Below are positions 1-12,330 of a DNA stretch of 64,000 nt, one piece after another (the first letter of the stretch is position 1; every line of letters starts with the position of its first letter). The position numbers and the translations under genes were made by a program. A model generated the notes under the pieces. That model was given only the letters and a program-made list of their open reading frames with translations, was not told the origin of the DNA and did not search any database. Source of the DNA: Octopus vulgaris (lineage: Eukaryota); assembly GCA_951406725.2 (NCBI GenBank), contig OX597823.1:41602001-41666000 (forward strand), read 5' to 3'.

Positions 1-310
1 CTTTTTAAGCCTGGTACTTATTCTATTGGTTTCTTCATCAACCTGCTAAGTCATGGGGATATAAACAAAGAAATCTGGTTGCCAAGCAGTGGTGGGGGAC
101 AAACGCTAGGATTCACTCACCTACATATACACACGCACACACACATGCATATATATTCAATGGGCTTCTTTCAGTTTTTGCATTTGCCAATTTCATTCAC
201 AAGGGTTTTGGTTGGCCCTAAGCTATAATAGAAGACACTTGGCCAAGGTGCCTCACAGCAGGACTGAAATCAGAACCATGTGGTTGGGAAGCAAACTTCT
301 TGCCACACAT
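1..310 (-). mobile_element. SINE family A (tRNA-derived, CORE-like), cut by window edge
   Basis: Reverse complement of head TGTGTGGCAAGAAGTTTGCTTCCCAACCACATGG and GGCACCTTGGCCAAGTGTCTT core; tail shared with copies at 969, 18836, 22542. Confidence 0.8.
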
Positions 311-324
311 ACATATTTGTGCCT

Positions 325-410
325 ATGTATGTATGTATGTATGTATGTATGTATGTATGTATGTATGTATGTATGTATGTATGTATGTATGTATGTATGT
401 ATGTATGCAT
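325..410. repeat. (TATG)n microsatellite
   Basis: Perfect tetranucleotide run. Confidence 0.95.
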
Positions 411-441
411 GCATGCATTTACATATGTATGTGCATATATA

Positions 442-952
442 CAGGGTGCAGTGAATAAACTGTCATCTGAATTATGCAAAAATAACATTGACATCTAATA
501 TTAACAGATATATTTACCAAAACTACATAAAAATATCTTGAAATATAAAAGAAATTTATTTAATAAAATCACCTTTAGATTCAATCACGGCCTCCAGATG
601 ATTTCAGAATATTCTGCGACTATTCTGGATGGTCTCCTTGTTTAAGTTGGTGAATGCTGTCATAATCCTTGCCTTCAGTTCATCTTTGGTGTTTCAAGGA
701 GTTTTGTAGGTCTCTCACTCAACTGCCCCCCACACATAATAATCAAGTGCATTGCAGTCTGGGGAGTTACCTGGCCAAATTTTAGGGATGATGTAGTCGC
801 AGAAATTGTCTGACAATCATGACTTGATTCTCCTGCTTGTGTGGCATGGTGCAGAGTCTTGTTGCCAGACATAGGGTCTTCCAGCAGCCACTCTTTTGAC
901 CCAGGGCAGCACTACCTCCACTAGGAACTTGATGTAGGCCTCTGTGTTGAGT
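442..952 (-). mobile_element. Tc1/mariner DD37D (maT) transposon fragment, 3' half with one TIR
   Basis: Minus strand reads YVWQQDSAPCHTSRRIKS*LSDNFCDYIIPKIWPGNSPDCNALDYYVW, 37 residues between the 2nd and 3rd catalytic Asp; TA|CAGGGTG terminus at 440-448. Confidence 0.85.
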
Positions 953-968
953 ATGCATTCGATATATA

Positions 969-1373
969 TAGCTATGTGGTAAGAAGCTTGCTTCCCAACC
1001 ATATCATTCTGAGTTCAGTCTCACATTATGACACCTTGGGCAAGTGTCTTGTACTATAGCATCGGGCCAACCAAAGTGTTGTGAGTGGATTTGATAACTG
1101 GAAACTGAAGTGGCCTGCCATATATATATATGTGTGTGTGTGTATTTATGTGTGTCTTACCGTCTGTGTTTGTACCCGATCATTGCTTGATAACTGATGC
1201 TGGTGTGTTTGTGTCCCCATAACTAAATGGTTTAGCAAAAAAAACTGATTCAGTAAGTATTAAATTTACAAAGAATAAGTCCTGGGGTCAATTTCTTTGA
1301 CTAAAACACTTTAGTGTGGTGCTCTAGCATGGCAGCAGTCAAATTCCTAAAGCATGTAACAGAATAAAAGAAT
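969..1373 (+). mobile_element. SINE family A, full length
   Basis: tRNA-like head (B-box-like GAGTTCAGTC), ACCTTGGGCAAGTGTCTT core, internal TA/TG microsatellite, tail ending TAAAAGAAT. Confidence 0.85.
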
Positions 1374-1794
1374 CTATGTGGTACATTATATTTTTGAGCA
1401 AAGCACTTCATTTCATGTTGCTTTGCAATCATTTCACCATTTGATGTATGACATGCTGTGCATCTGTAAAGGTAATGCTGATTTGATGGAGGGAATAAGC
1501 TATTGTACAGCATAAACATTCAATCACTATAAGCAGATCATTTATGCAGGTTGTTAAGCAAGACATTTCAGAAGCCTCATCTGTCATCTAGAACAAGAGA
1601 CACCATACCATGATATACTAGGGTGTGTAGGTGTGATATATATATATATAAACACACACCACGCATATATATTTAGATATGTATACATACATACATACAC
1701 ATATATGTTTGTATGTAAGCACATGCACACAATATACTTATGCATACGTACACACACATATACACACACACATATATATATGCACATAGATATA

Positions 1795-2516
1795 CAGGGT
1801 GTGGTGAATAAACTGTTGTCTAAATTACGCACAAATGAAAATAACAATGGCATCACATTTCAACAGATATATTTACCATAATTACATAGAAATATTTTGA
1901 AATATAAAAGAGTAAGTTTATTCAATAAAATCACCATTGGCTTCAACCACAGCCTTCTGGTGATTTCAGAATCTCCTGCAACTATTCTGGATGGTCTCTT
2001 TGTTTAAGTTGCAAATGTTGCTATAATCCTTGCCTCCAGTTGATCTTTAGTGTTACAAGCAATTTTGTTGATCTATTGCTCAGTTGCACCCCACACATAA
2101 TATTCAAGGGAGCTGGCATCTGAGAAGTTAGGTGGCCAAATGTTAGGAATGATGCGGTCGCAGAAATTGTCTGACAGTCATGACTGGGTTCTCCCACTTG
2201 TGTGGCATGGTGCAGAGTCCTATTGCCAGACATAAGGTGTTCCAGCAGCCACCCTCTTGACCCAGGGCAGCACTACCTCCTCCAGGCACTTGATGTAGGC
2301 CTCTCTGTTGTGTGTAAGGTTATGTGGGAAGATGAATGGAGGTATAACTTTGCCTTCACTAGTGATCACTCCAAACACCATGATGTTAACAGGTTGTTTG
2401 ATTTTTATCACTCTCAGTACATGTCCTCAGATTGACACCCAAACGCTCTGAAACAAACAATGTGCATGCACAAAATTTAAAATATAAAATGGCAACAATT
2501 TACCCTTCACACTCTG
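1795..2516 (-). mobile_element. Internally deleted non-autonomous maT (DD37D) element with both TIRs
   Basis: TA|CAGGGTGTGGTGAATAAACTGTTG at left, CAACAATTTACCCTTCACACTCTG|TA at right; encodes IMVFGVITSEGKVIPPFIF...PYVWQ*DSAPCH with stops. Confidence 0.85.
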
Positions 2517-2521
2517 TATTT

Positions 2522-2524
2522 ACA

Positions 2525-2593
<69 letters not shown>

Positions 2594-2608
2594 TCACACA
2601 CACATATA

Positions 2609-2667
<59 letters not shown>

Positions 2668-2684
2668 ATATATATATATACATT

Positions 2685-2722
<38 letters not shown>
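2522..2722. repeat. Compound (TA)n/(CA)n microsatellite
   Basis: Direct observation. Confidence 0.95.
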
Positions 2723-2725
<3 letters not shown>

Positions 2726-2727
2726 AA

Positions 2728-3045
2728 GGCACATGTCTCAGTGGTTAGAGTGTCGAGCTTACAATCATTGTGAGTTCGAATCCCAGACTGGGTTGCATGT
2801 CGTGTTCTTGAGCAATACATTTTATTTTGTTGTTCCAGTTCACTCAGCTGTAGAAATGAGTTGTGAGGTGCCAAGCTGTATCATCCTTTGCCTTTCACTT
2901 GGATAACACTGGTGGTGTGGAAAGGGGAAGCCAGTATGCATGGGCGACTGCTGGTCTTCCATAAAACAAGCTTGCCCGGACTTGTACCTGGAAGGGTAAC
3001 TATCTAGGTGCAATGCAATGGTCAGACATGTCCGAAGGAGATCTC
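2728..3045 (+). mobile_element. SINE family C (tRNA-derived)
   Basis: A-box-like CAGTGGTTAGAG, B-box GAGTTCGAATCC; body matches 6964, 12932(-), 23686(-). Confidence 0.85.
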
Positions 3046-3272
3046 ACACACATCTATATATAAATAGATGTGTGTATTTTTTCTTTGTTTACAATTAACA
3101 CAGAAAAAAATAGATAAACAGTTACCTGGGTAGCAAAATATCATACAAGTAAAAAGGGTGTAACACCTTGTTTTTAAAGGTAGAAACTCTGGGTTTATGT
3201 GGAATATTTTATAGAATATATAAATAAATAAATAAATGGAGTTAAACGCAGGTGTTACTCAAATTCTTTTAA

Positions 3273-3357
3273 TTCCGACAAGTGTTTCAAAGATAACATT
3301 GGTTTTATTCCAAAGGAATAAAATAGTTTAAAACAATGTAATCTTCTCTTCAGGGAA
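3273..3357 (-). ncRNA. Type I hammerhead ribozyme motif with extended stem II
   Basis: Minus strand: ttcc CTGAAGA [58-nt hairpin gaagat-tacattg...ttttattcc ttt ggaataaaa...caatg-ttatcttt] GAAA cacttg TC ggaa; core intact, GUC site. Confidence 0.65.
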
Positions 3358-3579
3358 ACGAAGAAATAAAACTCATCAATAAGATATTTTAACAGAATAT
3401 GATGGATATGTATAGTAATGAACTGAACGCTATTAAATCTAGGATATAAGGATATAAACGATATCAATTTTAATTTATACGCCGACACCAAACAAGGAAA
3501 GGGAGATAACCCTTATTTAAACCCATTTTTTCGTTCTAAAGGTAAACTGATATCTTTTAAAGATAGTTAAACTAAAAAT

Positions 3580-3887
3580 ATGGCAACTAGTAGCAAAACT
3601 ATTTGGTTGATTTTTCCTTATGGGAGGCAAATTATATCTAATCTTCTTTTCCAGTTTGGGGAAGCTATTATTAAGAATTTTCCAAACAATTCTAGGTATT
3701 ACTCTATTATCAACTTGCACACAGTTAGGATTGGTTTTTCCAACACAAAAAATCTCTTACAAATTATCTCCTCACATAATATTAGTCTGTTAAATAAGAA
3801 TCTATTTACTAATACTAACATTAATTTAGCTAATACCATCTATCCCCCTAGAAATATTAATAACAAGGTTATTGTCTCTGAAGTTAC

Positions 3888-3890
<3 letters not shown>
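3580..3890 (+). pseudogene. Penelope-like element ORF fragment (region between RT thumb and GIY-YIG)
   Basis: KTIWLIFPYGRQIISNLLFQFGEAIIKNFPNNSRYYSIINLHTVRIGFSNTKNLLQIISSHN follows the PLE pattern IWFNPPY..N..F...FP....IFN.NTVKISYS...N...IISSHN; runs into a (CA)n tract. Confidence 0.55.
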
Positions 3891-3937
<47 letters not shown>

Positions 3938-4837
3938 CATGCATATGTATGTACATATACACACACACACACATATACATACCTATATACATATATATAC
4001 ATATATTTGTGTTCTATGTATGTGCATGTGACCTTCTCTCCTTAAATTTGTGATGCTTCGCTGTATAAGAAATCATTATTATTCTAGTCTCTATTTCTCT
4101 GAAGTCAATAGAAGCATGCTAAATATCAAGTGATTGCTCTCTACTGCACCATACAGCCACTAGCCACAGTCCTCTGAATTACTTTTACCCTGTTTCAAGT
4201 CATGTCTACAGACAGTCTTTAGACAATGCCCAAGACAAGCAGTTGGTTCTATGCCAGGGATAAATTAATCATAGAATATATTTTGGGCACCCTGCCAATA
4301 TCTATGCTGTGTAAGCCACTTTAAGCAAACAAATGATAAAGAAGAGCATACCTGACGGCTTCAGTTTGGCATATAGCATTGACATCTGATTCCAGTCGTC
4401 TCCCTTAGACTGCATACCAGAATAAATTGATATGATATCTAATTATCAATTGATTAATTATCAAATTCATTGGTCATATAACTGAAAGGAAACATGATCA
4501 GAGTGTGTATGCTTTTATTAGCAGTATGTCCCTCCCGAAATACTCAAGTTTCAATATATCAGTTTCAACACATGATTTCATATAACAAAATAAATACAAG
4601 CATGAAATTTTCTTTATTCAAACACTACTTATGTTTTACTTTGAAGAGGGTTTCAAACTCTCAGCACTTTGTACAGGTAGAATATTGTACATTTAGAATA
4701 GTGTGTCCTCAATGAAGAGCCTAAACATTGCAACCAAAACCATTTTTCCTAAGAAAAAATTTTGGAGCCCTTGTAAATAAACTCTGATAGAACATTGAAG
4801 ACTTAGCTTTCAAAGGTTACTTTAAGTTTTGTTTCAC

Positions 4838-4983
4838 ATCATCATCATCATCATCGTTTAACGTCCGTTTTCCATGCTAGCATGGGTTGGACGGTTCAAC
4901 TGGGTTCTGGGAAGCCAGAAGGCTCGCCAGGCCCAGTCTGATCTGGCAGTGTTTCTACAGCTGGATGTACTTCCTAACGCCAA
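4838..4983 (-). mobile_element. Family D repeat (RTE 3'UTR-like, (GAT)n tail), young 5'-truncated copy
   Basis: Near-identical to 39167, 41318, 44813; CpGs retained. Confidence 0.85.
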
Positions 4984-5684
4984 TGTGTTGCAAATGTTAT
5001 AGTATCTTTGTAGGATGGTATTCTGTATGATGTTGTGGCCATCATGTAACTCTGGTTGACTCCACTTAGGATGAGAAAAGTCTCTTTGTTAGCACCATTA
5101 CATACCATTACAATAATTTATTTTGAAATGATAGTGAGAGGTAGCCTTCTCAGCTTCACAAATCATATGTATGTATATGTATATATATATTATTTCACTT
5201 AGGCATAGTTATACTTATAACCTGTGTTAGAACTCCATAAACATGTTTCAGGACAAAGTGTCAGTTGAGTACAAAGCAGTAATAAGAAACTGAATTAATG
5301 ACAAAGGAACATGACATCATTTAATGAACTTTATTAGTTTGCAGCTCTTTCTGCTGTAAAATTCAATGTACTTAAAGTTGAATGCATGTGTATCGCCCTA
5401 TACCTTCATTGGAGCTTTAAATATGAAGTGCTATTTTATTTAGGAAAGCATTTGCCTTTACTCATATACACAGAAAGCATTACCATAAAAAAATGCATAC
5501 ACATATGTAGGAAATGAAATAAGGAGTTAGTGGGGTGCAGAAGCTCCTCTGAGAAAGAGTGAAATTAGATGTATATTTATATGAGAGTGTGTGTAAAGAG
5601 AGGTATATGAAGAAATTCCAAAGAAGTAAAAATACAAAATACACTTGGGAATAGAGATAGATAGAAACTGACAGCATCCAAAAC

Positions 5685-5687
<3 letters not shown>

Positions 5688-5738
<51 letters not shown>
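5688..5738. repeat. (GA)n microsatellite
   Basis: Direct observation. Confidence 0.95.
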
Positions 5739-5742
<4 letters not shown>

Positions 5743-6963
5743 TGATCATGAGGGTCATAGAAATTAATTCTACATAAGAATCCTAGACAGATTGAGAATT
5801 AACAGGTTAAAGAAACATATATATATATATATATATATACGTTTTATTTATTATTTTGCACATGACTTAATCATTGTTATATGTTTTATCTTATATTTAA
5901 TCTTTCTATAATATGTAACTTTTCTAAATGGTATAATTTAATTTTTCGTTATAGAATTGATAAAAGGTGGTTTTTTCCTAATTTACATATATGTATATAT
6001 ATATATATATTGCAAATGTGGAAATAAATTATTCAGCTCAAAGAAACTGAAAAGGGCATTTTTTTCTAGTCACATAACATGCTTTGAGAGAGAATTTATT
6101 TTATCACAACGATTTCTGTGGCAAATATTTGTTTGTTAACCTCACACATTCAACCAACTTATATTCAGTCTGCTGAGTAATACATGAGCATGAACTGAAT
6201 TCATTATCTTGAGCAGGGGAAATTTGTTAGTAATTATATTGGTGTGGGAAATAATTATTTTTGATTAACATATGGGTCAATTGCCTCTCTTTGTTCTGCT
6301 TCAGTTGGAAAATTGATTGGATCTTTAAGACCTTGTTGTAATAGAATGGCATCGTGACTGTTGCATATGAAAATTTTCTCTTGGTACAACACTTCAACAT
6401 GTTTTACTGAGCATCAATGAATTAAAATTGCATTCAGTTGTAATATGCCACTGATTTTGACTCAAATGAGACCATTCTTTAAATGTTTGTGTGTAAGATT
6501 CTCTTGATGTATTGTTCTATATGTATGAATAAATGTGTGTGTGTGTGAGAGTGTATTTAAATGTGTATGTGTGTGTGTATAGATATATATTTGTGTACTT
6601 ATATGTGTATGCATATATATATGTGTGTGTGTATATATATATATATTTGTATACTCAGTAGCTTATGATTGTGAGCTCTGCATTCTAACCACTGAGCCAG
6701 ATATGCAAACTTAATCATCTAAGTGTGGATCCCATGAATCACTCATCCAGGCACCTCCTAACCTGCTAGATCCCAATACTATGAGCTCCAGCAATACTAC
6801 CCACCTCAATAATAGTGATGCTAGCACCATCGCTCCAAGCTCTTGTGATCCTCACACATGTAACTGTGGTGGTACCTTCCCATCTACATTCTAGTAATGA
6901 TAATAGTTCCAGTCCTACCTTAGGATTAACCGATCTTAGGAATGAGCATAGAATAGGGATTGA

Positions 6964-7300
6964 GGTGCATGGTTCAGTGGTTTGAGTATCAGGCTACAAT
7001 CATGAGATAGTGAGTTTGATTCCAGACTGGGCTGTGTTGTGTTTTTGAGCAAGACACCTTATTTCACGTTGGTCCAGTTAAGTCAGCTGTCGAAATGAGT
7101 TTTGACATCATTGGTGCCAAGATGTATTGGCCTTTGCCTTTTCCTTGGATAACATTGGTGGCATGGAGAGGGGAGCCTGGTATGCATGGGTGACTGTTGG
7201 CCTTCCATCAACAACCTTGCTGAGACCTGTGCCACAGAGGGGAACTTTCTATGTGCAGTCCCATGGTCATTCATGACCGAAGGGCTAGGGTTAGGGGTCT
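6964..7300 (+). mobile_element. SINE family C
   Basis: Co-linear with 2728-3045. Confidence 0.85.
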
Positions 7301-9150
7301 TTTTTTTTATATTATTCTAAGCCAACCACCAGTGGGGAAACCTGTAATTGTCATGGGTGCTGTAGTGTTTAGCATGTTCATGAGTGGTAGTGGTATTGAA
7401 TTAAAAACAGTAACCAGAATTGTTGTTGGGAAAATTGTGGATAATCTTCTGGTCTTTTCCCAAGTTCACTACCAGATTCGAAACTTTAGTGTGTTGATGC
7501 CCAGCATAGCAATATATTCAAGATGTAATGACTGACTGAGGGTATTCATCTGGTTACACATCTCTGGACAACTTCCAGTAGATCGATATTTTTGACAAGA
7601 TGGGGTTCCAGTCTGGAGTCGCAAACTTTAAGTGTGGATGTATGACAACAATAAATAGCTTTAAAGATTTTTCAAAAGTAATTCTAAACCTTCTTTCTTT
7701 ACTTGTATCTTTATTTTCTTCCTTTTAGTGAAGTTTTCTTCTTTTACTTCTAGCTGTAGGCTTGGCTAGTTTTGCAGTTCTTGAGGGTGTAGAGTTGAAT
7801 AGAGCAGACAGTTTGATTTTATCAATTCTGTGAGTGTTTCATATAATATCGTTTCTAGTGTAGAAAAATGGTAATTTTGATTGTTATCTTTAGACATTTG
7901 TATTTTATAGTAGGGAATTATGTTTATCTGTTGGTATTTATAGCGATGTATTTAAAGCCTACATTAATACATGCTCTTTAATATCATTGAAAACAACCAG
8001 ATCAGTATTTGTAGCCACCAAAATGATATATGTTCTTTGTAATGAACACTGAGTTTTCATTCGGTGTCTATATTTGGCTTTGGGTCATTGTGTTGTGCAT
8101 CATCTGGATTATGTGGCGTGTCCCTACACACCAGCAGTAATTATATTGTTACTGTTGTTGTTGTTGGTAATATCTTGACTGATAATCAGTTAGCGTCTAT
8201 GTTTTGACAAGTCAAGGCTATTTCAAGCTGTTTATTCACTTGTAATCAGAATGGTTTCAGAATGGTTAAAACTTTAGTGATTCTGTGCCATCATTGCAAG
8301 AAATATATGTGTTGCTATTAATTATTTCTTGGTCCACTTTCTTTATAGTCCCCGGTTCCTATACTGCAATTACTAAGAATGTCATTTATGGAATCATCTT
8401 CATTATAAAGCTCTAATTAGTATTCCTTCAGTTTGTGTACAGTGGAATAGAAAAAAAATGCTATGTGATATATGAATGCTTATATCTCAACTGTGGTACA
8501 TAGCTGTTTATTTCGTAGATTTCTGTGACTTTTATCAAAGGTTTACAATATTTATGACCTACTATCAGAGCTATATTAGCTTTCTTTTGTAATCTAGCTG
8601 TCTTGAGTTCATACAAAAGTTTGCTTATTCACATTATTTATTCTTACATTGTTATTTGTATCATTCTTTATTCTGTTGATTCTTTTGTGAAAATTGTATA
8701 GAAATTGTTTGAATGAATTCTAATTCGGAAAATCTTCATACTGATATTTTGTTGTATCTTGGGAGGGTCATTATGTCAATGATAAACACAGCACTGATTC
8801 TATTTCACATCTATATCATTAATCAGTTTGTTAACTATGTAGCCAATTTATTAATCATTTGTTTCTTTAATTATTTGGTTAGTCACTATTCATGACCTAG
8901 TACAATAAGAGAAATGAGTTGATATTCTTTTATACCTTACAAGAAAATATCGTATGATTTTGTAGTATTTCCTATTAATTAACAAATATTCTACTCATTG
9001 TCATTATATTTTTGTTCATTAAGAAGTTAACCAAACATTACCTTGTTTAATTACAGTCTCTGCTTTGTGCAACTAGAGCATTTTTTATGCTACTTAATAG
9101 TCTGATTTCAGTTCTTTTTTATTTAAAATATTGGTAGAAATAAAGGTCTT

Positions 9151-9553
9151 GGTGTGGCTGTGAGGTTAAAAAAGTTCCTTCCCAGCTTCACAGTTTTGGG
9201 TTCAGTATCACTGTGTGGAACTTAGAGCAAGTGTCTTTTTCTATAGTTTTAAGTTAACCAAAGCCTTTGAGTGGATTCCATAGACAGGAACTAAAAGAAG
9301 TCTGTTTGATCCCATGAGTGTGCACTTGGGTTTCCTTGACTTGACATCACGGTTGTAAAAGTATGTCACCACTATACAAGTGCTGTTATTCATTTCCAAT
9401 CTTTTGTGGAAACAAATCTATCCTTGGGAGAAAATACCTTTCATTGAAACAGCTGATGGTTACTGACAGGAAGGATATCGGACTATAGAGAGTCTGTCTT
9501 GATAAATTTAGTCTGACCATTTTATCATGGAAAAGTGGATTTTAAAATGATGC
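9151..9553 (+). mobile_element. SINE family A2 (A head plus GACAGGAAGG.ATC tail ending GATG)
   Basis: A head and core, then alternative tail also seen at 23250, 28745(-), 40790(-), 42620. Confidence 0.7.
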
Positions 9554-9618
9554 AGAATGATTTATACCAGCATTTATTATGATAATTAAGACTTCTTGCT
9601 TAATGCTTTTTAAACTGC

Positions 9619-10000
9619 AATGCTAAAAAGGAATGAGACATGGACCCTGAATGCAGTGGACATACAAAGACAAGAGAGGAATGAAGCTATTATGCTCTGC
9701 ATGGTGAGCAATGTTAGTGTACATATGCAATAGAGTGCTGGTATATTGTGAGAGAAGCTAGGTATAAGAGGAATTAGATGCAGTGTGCAAAATAGAAGAC
9801 TTTGTAGGTTTGGTAATGTGATAAATACGAATCAGAACAATTGCATAAAGAAGTGCTGACCACTAAAAATGGATGGAACTTGTGGAAGAGGGAGAGCCAG
9901 GAAGACATGGAACAAAGTACTGAAGGCCAACCACTGAGCCTAATGAAGAAGACAAAGGACCAAGATATATGGTGCCTTGTTGTGCTCAATAAGACCAGCC
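9619..10000 (+). pseudogene. RTE-clade LINE, C-terminal ORF remnant
   Basis: ETWTLNAVDIQRQERNEA...EKLGIRGIRCSVQNRRLCRFGNV...GTCGRGRARKTWNKV, with stops and frameshifts. Confidence 0.75.
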
Positions 10001-10109
10001 TACCAAGAGAATTGGTATCCTTAAATCACCCTGGTAATGCTTGTCCACAAGGGACTCTGCCCTCTCAACCTTCTTCCCCCAACCACATTTCATCCCTTAA
10101 CATCCAAAA

Positions 10110-10347
10110 AGCATTGGTGATGGTGACACGCAAAAAGCACTGATGCCACTTAAAAAGTACTGGTGTTAGTACCACTTAAAAAGCACCCAGAACACTCTGT
10201 AAAGTGGTTGGCATTAGGAAGGGCACCTAGTTGTAGAAACCAAGCCAGACTATGGAGCCTGGTGTGGTCCTTGGCCTCACCAACTCCTAACAAACAGTTC
10301 AGCCCATGCCAGCATAGGAAATGGATGTTAAATAAGGATGATAGATG
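10110..10347 (+). mobile_element. Family D repeat directly 3' of RTE ORF end
   Basis: AAAAAGCAC subrepeats, GGTTGGCATTAGGAAGGGCA motif, CCCATGCCAGCAT...GATGA tail. Confidence 0.75.
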
Positions 10348-10985
10348 AAATATATACATGAATTTTAGAGTAGCAAAATCAGTAACATTGTCTTCTAGTC
10401 GTGCTAAACTCAAACGCATTGCTATTTTTCCCATTCAGATGAGTCAGGGAACACAGAAAATAGTACTCTGCTGCTTAGACAATCCCAGATTGCAAAAATA
10501 ATGTAGAAGTTTTAGCAGAGAAATGAATAAATTAATGCTATTCTGTTCGACATTACCACAAAATTATCCTGCATAAGAATCGTTGATTTCACACAGATGG
10601 TAAAAGTACTAGAAATGTCCTGTAGTAATTTAGTATACTGACTTTAACTCTACATTGGAGCTTATTCAACCCAGTATATTTTATAAGTGCATAAAAGGAT
10701 CATGCACACTTTTTAATGCACATAGTATGTATGTGTGTGTGTGTGTGTGTGCATGTATGTGTGTATAAATATCTACACATATACATATAAAACATGATCT
10801 AAGTCAACAGTGTTTTGTATTATACTGTGAATGCTCAATTTACATCACACATTATTGTTATTGATTACATAACAGATATAGACTGATAACATGGCAGTTA
10901 TTTGAGGAATAAAATAGCTGAGAGATAGAAAGAGGAAGTGGTAGAGAGATAGAGAGAGAGGAACAGATGACTGTAGGATGAGGCT

Positions 10986-11033
<48 letters not shown>

Positions 11034-11178
11034 GAGAGAGAGAGAGAGTATAAGGTAGTGAAAAGAAAAGATGCAGGAAGATATTGTGACACGGCAAGAA
11101 ATAAAGACTTGAAACAGAGTAGAGATAGAGGAAGTTGGAGTGGATATGAAGAGAATGAATGAGAAAGCCATATAATAT

Positions 11179-11238
<60 letters not shown>

Positions 11239-11360
11239 CATGAATATAGGGTGTGAGTTGAGGAGAGGGAGTGAGAAAGAGTAAATGAAAAAGGAACTAT
11301 ATTTGTGTGTATATACATATATATATATATATATACGCATGTTATATACATATGCATGTA

Positions 11361-11408
<48 letters not shown>

Positions 11409-11769
11409 CACACACATGTACATACACACACATGCACATGCACACACATACACATGCACACACACACGCAATGGGATGAGTAGACTGACTTTGATGATGA
11501 GAGTGATTGCTAGCTACACAATCAGCCATGTAGATCAAACTAGTTTAGATGGATAGATTGAAGAATAGTGATGTTATAGATAACTATCAGCTGCAGTAAT
11601 TAATAAAGTCAAATAATTCCTCAGCAACAGTAGAGCAATCCCAGAATGCCAAGAACAATAGCAGCTTGGGGAGTGTGTGTTATCTGGCAGTTGCTGCTCA
11701 GTGTGATTGCAGTGCATAGAACAATAGGAAATGCAAAATAAATTCTAGAGATAACTAGACAAACATTGT

Positions 11770-11842
11770 ATGTAAACAGGATATATATTGTATACATATA
11801 TATATATGCATACATATATATATGTGTGTGTGTGTGTGTACA

Positions 11843-11887
<45 letters not shown>

Positions 11888-11971
11888 ACATATATGTATA
11901 TGTATATATATGTATACATATATGTATATATGTATGTATACATATATGTATATATATATATATATATATAC

Positions 11972-12027
<56 letters not shown>

Positions 12028-12293
12028 GTATATGTATATGTATATATGTATATGTATATATATAAATATGTATATTTATGTATATATATGTATGTATATA
12101 TGTATATATATATATATATGTATGTACATATATATGCATATGCACATATATATGTATGTACATATATGTGCATATACATATATATATATGTATATATATA
12201 TATATATGTATACATATATATATATATATATATATACATATTTAGCTATCTACTTATCTACCTATCTATCTATCTATCTATCTATCTATATCT

Positions 12294-12326
<33 letters not shown>
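11770..12326. repeat. Compound (TA)n/(TATG)n/(TATC)n microsatellite field
   Basis: Direct observation; source of many spurious Y/I/M-rich ORFs. Confidence 0.95.

Positions 12327-12330
<4 letters not shown>

Noticed and set aside
2728-2800. tRNA-like sequences at SINE heads (also 54819)
   Set aside because: A/B boxes only; no acceptor stem, and they run into SINE bodies
8174-8216. cttga CTGATAA...tcaag hammerhead-like pairing
   Set aside because: Core mutated and no GAAA
7300-8420. Possible decayed PLE GIY-YIG coding region
   Set aside because: No convincing GIY/YIG motifs in frames I could read
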